Assembly (NCBI GenBank): GCA_963816355.1
Contig: CAWFKH010000006.1
Location: 32,001 to 96,000, forward strand
Direction: 5' to 3'
DNA: 64,000 bases
Source: an uncultured Gemmatimonadales bacterium
GTDB lineage: Bacteria > Gemmatimonadota > Gemmatimonadetes > Longimicrobiales > RSA9
The position numbers and the translations under genes are program-made. The notes under the pieces were generated by a model that was not told where the DNA came from, did not search any database, and saw only the letters and a list, made by a program, of their open reading frames with translations. Shown here in pieces: positions 38,988-47,549 of the stretch. How positions within the stretch are numbered: the stretch's first letter is position 1; each line of letters starts with the position of its first letter.

Positions 38988-40207
38988 AGGGGCGGCTCGT
39001 CCTGCTGGCGCCGCTGCTGATGGCGGGGCTGCTGGCATGCGACGCGCCCGATCCGACGACGTCGCCTGCGGCCGCCACGTCGCGCTTCAACATGGGCTCG
39101 GGCACGATGCGGACGCCGCTGAATCCGCAGCTCGTGGCGCGTGGCAAGCGAATCTTCCGCTACGACGACTTCGGCGACTCGCGCTTCTGGACCGGGACGC
39201 TGCACCTGAACGACGTGGTGGAGACGCTTACGCCGCTGCAGGCGCTGGGGCTCGGGCTGAAGGTGGACGTGGACGCGGTGCCGCCGGCGGTCCTGGACGC
39301 GGTGCTGACGAATCCGGCGCTGCTGAGCGATCCCGCGACGACGCGGGCGCTGCTGTCGCTGAACGCGGTCGTCGGGGTGACGGCGACGGTGGAAGGCGAT
39401 CACGTGACGAGCCTCGGCATCACGTGCGCCCTCTGCCACTCGACGGTGGACGACGCGGTCACGGGCGGGATCGGCCATCGTCTGGACGGCTGGCCGAACC
39501 GGGAGCTGCAGGTGGGCGCCATCGTCGGCGCATCGCCGGCGATCCCGGCGAGCGGCTCCTTCGGTCAGTACCTGGCGACGTGGGGCCCCGGCTTCTACGA
39601 CGCGCGCGTCAACCTCGACGGCCGCACCGACGGCCCGGTGGTGATTCCGCCCGCGTACGGTCTGCGCGACGTCGCGCTCGAGACGTACACGGGCGAGGGA
39701 CCCGTGTCGTACTGGAACGCGTACGTGGCGGTAACGCAGATGCACGGCCAGGGTGCCTTCTCGGATGCGCGCCTGGGCATCCACGTGCACCCGGACGGCC
39801 CGGACCTCGTGCAGCCGAAGCTCGCCGCTCTGCGCGAGTATCAGCTCAGCCTCGCCGCTCCCGCTCCGCAGAGCGGTGAATACGACGCCGCCGCCGCGGC
39901 GCGCGGCAGGACACTCTTCGACGGCGCCGCCGGCTGCGCGGGCTGCCACGTGCCGCCCACCTACACGGACGCACCGCGGCTGCACGCGCCGAGCGAGGTG
40001 CCGGTGGAGCCGTCGTGGGCCGAGCGCAGCGCGACCGGCGAGTACCGGACCACGCCGCTGCGGGGGCTGCTGCGGCACGCGCCGTACTTCCACGACGGCT
40101 CGGCGGCGACGCTGGCGGATGTCGTCGCGCGCTACGACGCCTTCTTCGATCTCGGCCTGTCGGCGGCGCAGCGGAGCGACCTGGTGGAGTTCCTGAAGAC
40201 GTTGTAG
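38984..40207 (+). CDS. di-haem c-type cytochrome lipoprotein (CcP/MauG/RoxA superfamily-like)
   Basis: Lipobox LLAC; CALCH and CAGCH; 'YRTTPLRGL..PYFHDGS'. Confidence 0.85.
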   Translation: MKGRLVLLAPLLMAGLLACDAPDPTTSPAAATSRFNMGSGTMRTPLNPQLVARGKRIFRYDDFGDSRFWTGTLHLNDVVETLTPLQALGLGLKVDVDAVPPAVLDAVLTNPALLSDPATTRALLSLNAVVGVTATVEGDHVTSLGITCALCHSTVDDAVTGGIGHRLDGWPNRELQVGAIVGASPAIPASGSFGQYLATWGPGFYDARVNLDGRTDGPVVIPPAYGLRDVALETYTGEGPVSYWNAYVAVTQMHGQGAFSDARLGIHVHPDGPDLVQPKLAALREYQLSLAAPAPQSGEYDAAAAARGRTLFDGAAGCAGCHVPPTYTDAPRLHAPSEVPVEPSWAERSATGEYRTTPLRGLLRHAPYFHDGSAATLADVVARYDAFFDLGLSAAQRSDLVEFLKTL

Positions 40208-40367
40208 GGTGCGAGGGACGGGGCGGTATACCGTCCATAACATGTTGTGTTGCAATGGGTTACAGTGGGGCGGGGCCGGCATCCCGGCGCCGCCCCACGT
40301 CTTCACGCACGGGTCTTGCACCAAGGCCGTCCGTCGGACTGTGACACTCGTGACGGAGGGATCGAGA

Positions 40368-40952
40368 ATGCTCAGGCGGACGATGGCAGTGACGATTGGG
40401 ATTCTGGCGGTGGCGGCATGCGGCAATGGTGCGGACAACCAGGATCTGGGGGATCAGAACGAGATGGCCCCGGCAGCGACGCCCCCGGCGGCGCAGGAGC
40501 AGCCGGCGGATCAGGGTATGGCGGCGCCGGCGACGGTGGCGCTGAACGTTTCGCAGTCGGCGGACATGGGCGCCTACGTGGTCGATTCGGACGGGCGCGC
40601 GGTGTACCTGTTCACGAAGGACGACAACGGCCAGAGCGCGTGCACCGACGCGTGCGCGCAGGCGTGGCCGCCGGTGCTGGCGCAGTCGGCGACGGTCAAC
40701 GGGCAGGGGCTGGACCAGGCGCAGATCGGGACGATCGTGCGGCCGGACGGCCAGACGCAGGTCACCTACAACGGCCACCCGCTCTACTACTTCGCGAAGG
40801 ACGCGAATCCGGGCGCGACGACCGGTGAGGACGTCCACGCGTTCGACGGCGAGTGGTACCTGATCACGCCGAGCGGCGACAAGCTCGAGCCGAAGAACGG
40901 CGAGAACGGCGAGGGTGGCACGGCGCAGCCGAGCACCGGCTCGGGCGCCTGA
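40368..40952 (+). CDS. COG4315 (Lipoprotein_15) repeat lipoprotein
   Basis: Lipobox VAAC; 'GRAVYLFTKD', 'CAQAWPP', 'YNGHPLYYF.KD'. Confidence 0.9.
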   Translation: MLRRTMAVTIGILAVAACGNGADNQDLGDQNEMAPAATPPAAQEQPADQGMAAPATVALNVSQSADMGAYVVDSDGRAVYLFTKDDNGQSACTDACAQAWPPVLAQSATVNGQGLDQAQIGTIVRPDGQTQVTYNGHPLYYFAKDANPGATTGEDVHAFDGEWYLITPSGDKLEPKNGENGEGGTAQPSTGSGA

Positions 40953-41131
40953 CGGGAACGGCGAATGAGCCGCACCGGCTCCGGCGCGTTGAATCGGCCG
41001 GAGCGGGTGTGAGCGCCGGCGGTCCCCGTTAGCGGGCGGGGCCGCCGGCGTCTACAACGGGGAGCGCGCGCGACGGAGCGCAACGACACGCGGCCGACGG
41101 TCCCGGAGAGGGGCGGGCCGCGTTTCGCATC

Positions 41132-41851
41132 CTATCTCGAGGGCGTGGCGAGCGCGAAGTCGTACTCGAGGTGGATCGTGTCGGCGACGCTGAGGACCAC
41201 CGGCACGCGCGGCCGGGGCAGGTCGAAGTCCGCGAAGGTGAACGCGGTCGATCCGGTGCCGGTGATCCGCCCCTGCGCGAGCTTCGCGTCGACGTGCCAC
41301 GTCACGGGCCGTGTCACGCCCCTGACGGTGAGGTCGCCGATCACGTCGAAGGAAGCGTTCCCCGACGTGGGCAACGGCGACGGCAGGCCTCGCAGCTCCT
41401 TCGGCACGAACTGGACGGAGGGGTACTGCGCGGTCTCCAGGGTGCGGTGCTGCACGTAGCGGTCGCGGCGGTCGCGGTCGCTCGCGAGCTGCGTGACGTC
41501 GACGACGAACCTCGACTCCGCGGGGACGATCCGGCCGGCGCTGTCGAGGACGATGCCGCCGGTGACGCCGTGCGTGACGCCGACCGCGTCGTTCGGCAGG
41601 TCCACGTGCACGAGCTGCTCGCGCACGCGGTAGCGGGCTTCGTTGCCCTCGCCGGCGACGACGAGTCGCAGCGTGCCCGGCGCGGGGGCGGGCGCGCCGG
41701 CGGTCCCGCGGGATGCGGCCTGGCGCGCGGCGGGCAGCCCACCGCGGAGCGCGACGGGCGCGCCGCCGGTCCACGCGCGGGGCCCGGCGGCCGCGGCGAG
41801 CAGGAGTGCCACCGGTGCCCCGAGAATTCCGATCTTCCCTCGTCCGATCAT
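41132..41851 (-). CDS. YceI-family protein
   Basis: 'ARYRVREQL', 'RRDRYV..LET..YP', 'GDLTVRGVT'. Confidence 0.85.
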   Translation of the reverse strand: MIGRGKIGILGAPVALLLAAAAGPRAWTGGAPVALRGGLPAARQAASRGTAGAPAPAPGTLRLVVAGEGNEARYRVREQLVHVDLPNDAVGVTHGVTGGIVLDSAGRIVPAESRFVVDVTQLASDRDRRDRYVQHRTLETAQYPSVQFVPKELRGLPSPLPTSGNASFDVIGDLTVRGVTRPVTWHVDAKLAQGRITGTGSTAFTFADFDLPRPRVPVVLSVADTIHLEYDFALATPSR

Positions 41852-41914
41852 CGGCTTCGCTCCTCGAAGGTTCGGCTCGAGCCCGGATGCGGGCACGGCC
41901 ATGCCGTGAATAGG

Positions 41915-41940
41915 AACCACGAGGCCGGGCCGCGTGTTCC
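41915..41940 (-). promoter_or_regulatory. possible ECF promoter for yceI-like gene
   Basis: GGAAC-N18-GTT(C). Confidence 0.45.
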
Positions 41941-41982
41941 GCGGTTCCGCGTGTTCCGCGCCCTGTGCCGTTCCGCGCGTTC

Positions 41983-43029
41983 CTACCGCCCACCGGCGCC
42001 GGCGGTCTCGCGGCGGACGATGGGTGCGACGCGGGTGCCGAGCAGCTCGATGGCGTGCAGCACGTCGTCGTGGGGCATCGGCCCGACGGTGAGCTGGACG
42101 AGGAAGCGCTGGTGGTGGAAGAGGCGGTGCTGGAAGAGGATCTTCTCGACGATGCGGTCCGGGCCGCCGACGAAGAGCGCGCCGCGCAGCGTCGTCTCGG
42201 CGTCGAACTGGCGGCGGGATGTGGGTGGCCAGCCGCGCTCGCGGCCGATGCGGGTCATCGTCTCCGCGAAGGGAGGGAAGGCGAGGTCGGCGGCGGCGGC
42301 GTCGTCGTCCGCGATGAAGCCGTGCGAGTTGATGCCGACGGGCAGCGTGTCCGGGTCGTGGCCGGCGCGGCGGGCGGCCTCCCGGTACAGCTCGACGACG
42401 GGGACGAAGCGTTCGGGGGCGCCGCCGATGATGGCGAGCGCCATCGGCAGGCCGAGGGTTCCGGCTCGGACGACGGATGCGGGAGTGCCGCCGACGGCGA
42501 GCCAGACGGGGAGCGGGTCCTGCAGCGGCCGCGGGTAGACGGCGCGGTCGTCGATCGGCGCGCGGTGGCGGCCGCTCCACGCGACGCGGGGGTCGCGGCG
42601 CAGGGTGAGGAGCAGGTCGAGCTTCTCGGCGAAGAGGGCGTCGTAGTCGGCGAGGTCGTAGCCGAAGAGGGGGAACGACTCGGTGAAGGAGCCGCGGCCG
42701 GCCATGATCTCGGCGCGGCCGCCGGAAATCAGGTCGAGGGTGGCGAAGTCCTGGAAGACGCGCACCGGGTCGTCCGAGCTGAGCACGGATACGGCGCTGG
42801 TGAGGCGGATCCGCTCCGTGCGCGCGGCGGCCGCGGCGAGGACGACGGCGGGGGTCGACACGGCGTAATCGGCCCGGTGGTGCTCGCCGACGCCGAAGAC
42901 GTCGAGCCCGACACGGTCCGCCAGCTCGATCTCTTCGAGCAGGTGGCGAAGGCGCGTCCCGGCGTCGATCTGCCGCCCCGTCGCCGCGTCGACGGGCGTC
43001 TCGGCGAAGCTGTAGACTCCGATCTCCAT
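41983..43029 (-). CDS. LLM-class (luciferase-like) flavin-dependent oxidoreductase
   Basis: 'GEHHR', '[14 protein letters not shown]', 'GRGSF.ESFPLFG'. Confidence 0.9.
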   Translation of the reverse strand: MEIGVYSFAETPVDAATGRQIDAGTRLRHLLEEIELADRVGLDVFGVGEHHRADYAVSTPAVVLAAAAARTERIRLTSAVSVLSSDDPVRVFQDFATLDLISGGRAEIMAGRGSFTESFPLFGYDLADYDALFAEKLDLLLTLRRDPRVAWSGRHRAPIDDRAVYPRPLQDPLPVWLAVGGTPASVVRAGTLGLPMALAIIGGAPERFVPVVELYREAARRAGHDPDTLPVGINSHGFIADDDAAAADLAFPPFAETMTRIGRERGWPPTSRRQFDAETTLRGALFVGGPDRIVEKILFQHRLFHHQRFLVQLTVGPMPHDDVLHAIELLGTRVAPIVRRETAGAGGR

Positions 43030-43171
43030 GGCTGGAAGCTAGCCGGGCCGGTCGCCGTCCGCACGGCGGAACGGGGTGGGACCCGCGGACCGGCGCGTTG
43101 GGCGTGCGCCGACCGGCGGGCCGCCCTAGATTTCACCGTCCACCAGACGCCCCCCGTTGCCCCATGACGCC

Positions 43172-46100
43172 ATGAAGCTCGCATTCGCCGCCGCGGCGCT
43201 GCTCGCGCCGCTCGTCGCAGCGACCCCGGTGCTCCGCGCGCAGGAGACGACGACGCGCCTGCTCCACCAGCCGACGGTCAGCGCCACCTCGGTGGCGTTC
43301 GAGTACGGCGGCGACCTGTGGGTCGTGCCGCGCGACGGCGGCGAAGCGCGTCGTCTGACGTCGTCGGAAGGGGTCGAGACGGATCCGCACTTCTCGCCCG
43401 ATGGCCGGTGGCTCGCGTTCACCGGCCAATACGACGGTGGCGCGGACGTGTACGTCATGCCCGCGGCGGGCGGCGAGCCGAAGCGGCTGACGTGGCACCC
43501 GGGGGCCGACCAGGCGCGCGGCTGGACGCCGGAGGGGCGCGTCGTGTTCGTGTCGCCGCGCACCGGCATGCCGGACGGTGAGCCGCAGCTCTGGACGGTG
43601 GGGGTGGATGGCGGACTGCCGGAGCGGCTGCCGCTGCCGCGGGCGCAGGCGGGCTCGCTGTCGCCGGACGGCGGCTCGCTCGCCTACCAGCTCGTGCGGC
43701 CGTGGGAGACCGAGATGCGCAACTACCGCGGCGGCCAGAATCAGCCGATCCGCGTGATCGACCTGCGGACGCACGCGATGCGGAAGCTGCCGTGGACGGA
43801 CAGCCGCGACCGCGACCCGGCGTGGCTCGGCGCTACGATCTACTTCATCTCGGACCGCGACTGGACGCCGAACGTGTGGTCCTACGACACCGCGTCCGGC
43901 GCGCTGTCGCAGGTGACGCACTACGACGGCTTCGAGGTGGAGTCGCTCGACGCCGGGGCCGGCGCGGTGGTGTACGAGCAGGCGGGCGACATCCACGTCT
44001 ACGACCCCGCGAGCGGCCGGGACCGCAAGCTGGCGATCCACGCGGCGGGCGATTTTCCGTGGGCGATGCCGCACGCGATCGAGGTGGGGCGCTCGCTGCG
44101 CGAGCCGCGCCTCTCGCCGACCGGCGTGCGCGCGCTCTTCGAGGGTCGCGGCGACATCTTCACGGTGCCGGAGGACAAGGGGACCTGGCGCAACCTGACG
44201 CGCACGCCGGGCGTGGCGGACCGCGCGCCGATCTGGTCGCCGGACGGCCGCAGCATCGCGTGGTTCAGCGACGCGTCGGGCGAGTACCGGCTGGAAGTGG
44301 CGCCGCAGGATGGCACCGGCTCGGCGCGCGAGTACACGCTCGCGGAGCCGAGCTACTTCTACGACCCCGCGTGGTCGCCGGACGGCAAGCGGATCCTCTT
44401 CACCGACGCGGAGATGCACCTGCGCATGGTGGACCTCGCGAGCGGCCGTGAGACGCGCGTCGACACCGGCAACTACACGTGGCCGGACCGCACCATGTAC
44501 CCCACGTGGTCGCCCGACTCACACTGGATCGCCTACACCAAGCGGCTGCCCGGATCGCAGTTCCACGCCGTCTTCGTCTACAGGGTCGCGGACGGCTCCA
44601 CGCACCAGCTCACCGACGGCCTCTCGGACGTGATCTCGCCCGCGTGGGGCGCGAGCGGCAAGTACCTCCTCTTCCTCGCTTCGACCGACTTCGCGCTCAA
44701 CACCGGCTGGCTCGACATGAGCTCCTTCGAGCGCCCCGTGCGCCGCGGCGTCTACCTCGCCGTGCTCGCGAAGGACGAGCCGTCGCCGCTGCTGCCCGAG
44801 CCGGGCGACGAGCCCGCCGACTCCGCACGGCCGGGCGGCGCGTCGTCGTCGTCTTCCTCCTCGCGGGGGAAGGGCGCCGCCGGGCGCACCGCGGGGGGTG
44901 GGGGCGCCGCGCGCGACAGCGCCGCCGCGCCGGTGCGCATCGACTTCGCCGGCTTCTCGCAGCGCATCCTCTCGCTCGACGTGCCGACGCGGGACTACGT
45001 GGCGCTGAAGGCGGGGAAGAAGGGGATGTTCTACTACGTCGAGCGGGTGCCGAACCGCGCCGCCGTGCTGCACCGCTACGACCTGTCGAAGCGCGAGGCG
45101 ATCGATTTCCTGCCGCAGGCCGCCTCGGAGTACGCCCTCTCGGCGGACGGCGGCAAGCTGCTCTACGAGGGCGTCTCCGAGCAGGGTCGGCCGAACGGCA
45201 CGTGGTCGGTGGTCGACGCGACCGGCCAGCCGCCGGCGCCGGGGAAGGGAACGCTCGGCACGAACGCGCTGCGCGCGGAGGTCGACCCCGCCGCGGAGTG
45301 GCGGCAGATCTTCCACGAGGCGTGGCGCATCGAGCGCGATTACCTCTACGTGTCGAACCTCAACGGCGCGGACTGGGACGCGGTCGGCGCGAGGTACGCG
45401 TCCTTCCTGCCCTACGTGAAGCACCGCGCGGACCTGACGCAGCTCCTCGACGAGATGCAGGGCGAGCTGTCGGTGGGTCACAGCTTCGTCGGCGGCGGCA
45501 ATGTGCCGCGTCCGGACGCGCTGCCGGTCGGCCTGCTCGGCGCCGACTTCGAGGTCGCGAACGGCCGCTACCGGATCGCGAAGATCTACACCGGCGAGAA
45601 CTGGAATCCGGACCTGCGCGCGCCGCTCTCCGCGCCCGGCGTCGACGTGCGCGAGGGCGACTACATCCTGGCCGTCGACGGCCGCCCGCTCACGCCGCCG
45701 GCCAACCCGTACGCCGCGTTCGTCGGCACCGTCGGACGGCAGGTGAAGATCCGCGTCAACGACCGCCCCACGGCCGACGGCTCACGGCTCGTCACCGTCG
45801 TCCCGATCGCGAGCGAAGCGGGGCTGCGTACGCGCGACTGGATCGAGGCGAACCGACGCGAGGTCGACCGCCTCTCCGGCGGCCGCCTCGCCTACGTCTA
45901 CGTGCCGAACACGTCGAACGAGGGCTACGCCAGCTTCAACCGCTACTACTTCGCCCAGCAGGAGAAGCAGGGCGCGATCATCGACGAGCGCTTCAACCAC
46001 GGCGGCACCGTCGCCGACTACATGATCGACATCATGGGCCGCAAGCTCCAGGGCTACTTCAACCAGCGGGCGGGCTCGCACCGCCCCGTGACCGTGCCGG

Positions 46101-46543
46101 GCGCCGGGATCTGGGGACCGAAGGTGATGATCATCAACGAGATGAGCGGTTCCGGCGGCGACATGTTCCCCTACCTGTTCCGCCAGGAGGGGATCGGACC
46201 GCTGGTCGGCGAGCGCACCTGGGGCGGCCTCGTCGGATGGGGCGGCGAGCCGCCGCTCCTCGACGGCGGCTTCATCTCCGCACCGAGCACCGGCTTCTTC
46301 AACCGCGAGGGCGAGTGGGACGTCGAGAACATCGGCGTCGCGCCCGACATCGCGGTCGAGCAGACGCCCGCCGAACAGCTCGCCGGACACGATCCGCAGC
46401 TCGAGCGCGCCGTCGCCGAGGCGCTCAAACTGCTCGAGGCGAATCCGATGCGGCTGAAGGCGGAGCCGGCGGCGCCGGACCGCGTCCACCCCGGCGGCAC
46501 GGGCGGCACGGGCGGCGGCCGCGGCGCGGGCGGCGGCCGCTGA
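43172..46543 (+). CDS. tricorn-like S41 protease
   Basis: PD40 'P.WSPDG' repeats, PDZ, 'IIDERFN.GG', catalytic 'GSGGD', 'RTWGG'. Confidence 0.95.
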   Translation: MKLAFAAAALLAPLVAATPVLRAQETTTRLLHQPTVSATSVAFEYGGDLWVVPRDGGEARRLTSSEGVETDPHFSPDGRWLAFTGQYDGGADVYVMPAAGGEPKRLTWHPGADQARGWTPEGRVVFVSPRTGMPDGEPQLWTVGVDGGLPERLPLPRAQAGSLSPDGGSLAYQLVRPWETEMRNYRGGQNQPIRVIDLRTHAMRKLPWTDSRDRDPAWLGATIYFISDRDWTPNVWSYDTASGALSQVTHYDGFEVESLDAGAGAVVYEQAGDIHVYDPASGRDRKLAIHAAGDFPWAMPHAIEVGRSLREPRLSPTGVRALFEGRGDIFTVPEDKGTWRNLTRTPGVADRAPIWSPDGRSIAWFSDASGEYRLEVAPQDGTGSAREYTLAEPSYFYDPAWSPDGKRILFTDAEMHLRMVDLASGRETRVDTGNYTWPDRTMYPTWSPDSHWIAYTKRLPGSQFHAVFVYRVADGSTHQLTDGLSDVISPAWGASGKYLLFLASTDFALNTGWLDMSSFERPVRRGVYLAVLAKDEPSPLLPEPGDEPADSARPGGASSSSSSSRGKGAAGRTAGGGGAARDSAAAPVRIDFAGFSQRILSLDVPTRDYVALKAGKKGMFYYVERVPNRAAVLHRYDLSKREAIDFLPQAASEYALSADGGKLLYEGVSEQGRPNGTWSVVDATGQPPAPGKGTLGTNALRAEVDPAAEWRQIFHEAWRIERDYLYVSNLNGADWDAVGARYASFLPYVKHRADLTQLLDEMQGELSVGHSFVGGGNVPRPDALPVGLLGADFEVANGRYRIAKIYTGENWNPDLRAPLSAPGVDVREGDYILAVDGRPLTPPANPYAAFVGTVGRQVKIRVNDRPTADGSRLVTVVPIASEAGLRTRDWIEANRREVDRLSGGRLAYVYVPNTSNEGYASFNRYYFAQQEKQGAIIDERFNHGGTVADYMIDIMGRKLQGYFNQRAGSHRPVTVPGAGIWGPKVMIINEMSGSGGDMFPYLFRQEGIGPLVGERTWGGLVGWGGEPPLLDGGFISAPSTGFFNREGEWDVENIGVAPDIAVEQTPAEQLAGHDPQLERAVAEALKLLEANPMRLKAEPAAPDRVHPGGTGGTGGGRGAGGGR

Positions 46544-46598
46544 CGGCGTGGCCCGCGTGGCAGAGGAGCGGCGCGGCGACGCGCCCGGAACGACCACG

Positions 46599-47090
46599 AT
46601 GCCGATCCGGGTCTTCGTCACGGGCGGCACGTTCGACAAGGAGTACGACGAGCACCGCGGCACGCTCGACTTCCACGACACGCACGTGCCGGAGATGCTC
46701 GAGCTGGGCCGCTGCCGCCTCGACGTGGCCGTGCGCACGCTGATGATGGTCGACAGCCTCGACATGACCGACGAGGACCGCGCCACGATCGTCGAGCACT
46801 GCCGCCGCTGCGCCGAGACGCGCGTCGTCGTCACGCACGGCACCGACACAATGGTCGACACCGCGCGCGCACTCGCGGCCGGGATCGGGGGGAAGACGGT
46901 GGTGTTGACGGGGGCGATGATCCCCTACGCGTTCGGCAGCTCTGACGGCCTCTTCAACCTCGGCAGCGCCCTCTCCTTCGCGCAGGTGCTGCCCGCCGGC
47001 GTCTACATCGCGATGAACGGCCGCTGCTTTCCGTGGGACGACGTGCGCAAGAACCGCGACGAGGGGGTCTTCGAGCCGCTCCCCGGGTGA
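46599..47090 (+). CDS. short asparaginase-domain protein
   Basis: 'TGGTFDK', 'HGTDTM', 'LTGAMIP'. Confidence 0.9.
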   Translation: MPIRVFVTGGTFDKEYDEHRGTLDFHDTHVPEMLELGRCRLDVAVRTLMMVDSLDMTDEDRATIVEHCRRCAETRVVVTHGTDTMVDTARALAAGIGGKTVVLTGAMIPYAFGSSDGLFNLGSALSFAQVLPAGVYIAMNGRCFPWDDVRKNRDEGVFEPLPG

Positions 47091-47106
47091 GCCGGGCGCG
47101 GATCGG

Positions 47107-47427
47107 TCAGAGCGCGGGTGCCGGCCCGTGCTTCGCGCGGGGGGGCCGCGCGGGCGGCTGCTCCCCGGCGACCGGCGTGACGAGCACGTTCGAAGCGGCG
47201 GCGAAGAAGGGCGGCGCGCCCTCCTCCTCGAGACGGATCTGGATGAGCCGGCTGCCATCGCCCGTCTTGCCGTGGAGCGACGCGACGGTGCCCTCGCCGG
47301 CGACGCAGTAGACGGACTCCCCGACGGACGGAGCGCGGCCCTTGCCGCTCACCCAGCCGGGCCGATTCTCCGGGTTCACGTGCAGGTCGGCTCCGCGGAG
47401 TCTCCTGGCGCTGTTCGCCTTTCCCAT
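47107..47427 (-). CDS. hypothetical protein
   Basis: RBS GGGAG, non-shadow amino-acid composition. Confidence 0.6.
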   Translation of the reverse strand: MGKANSARRLRGADLHVNPENRPGWVSGKGRAPSVGESVYCVAGEGTVASLHGKTGDGSRLIQIRLEEEGAPPFFAAASNVLVTPVAGEQPPARPPRAKHGPAPAL

Positions 47428-47549
47428 GCCGATCTGTCTCCCGGTCCGAGGCGGTCGCGTGGAAGCGGGCGCGCCGCGCGTCCGCGGTGGACCGCGCCGC
47501 GGGCGGACGGTACGCGGGCCCGCAGGGGCCCACGCGGAGGAGGGTCCTG

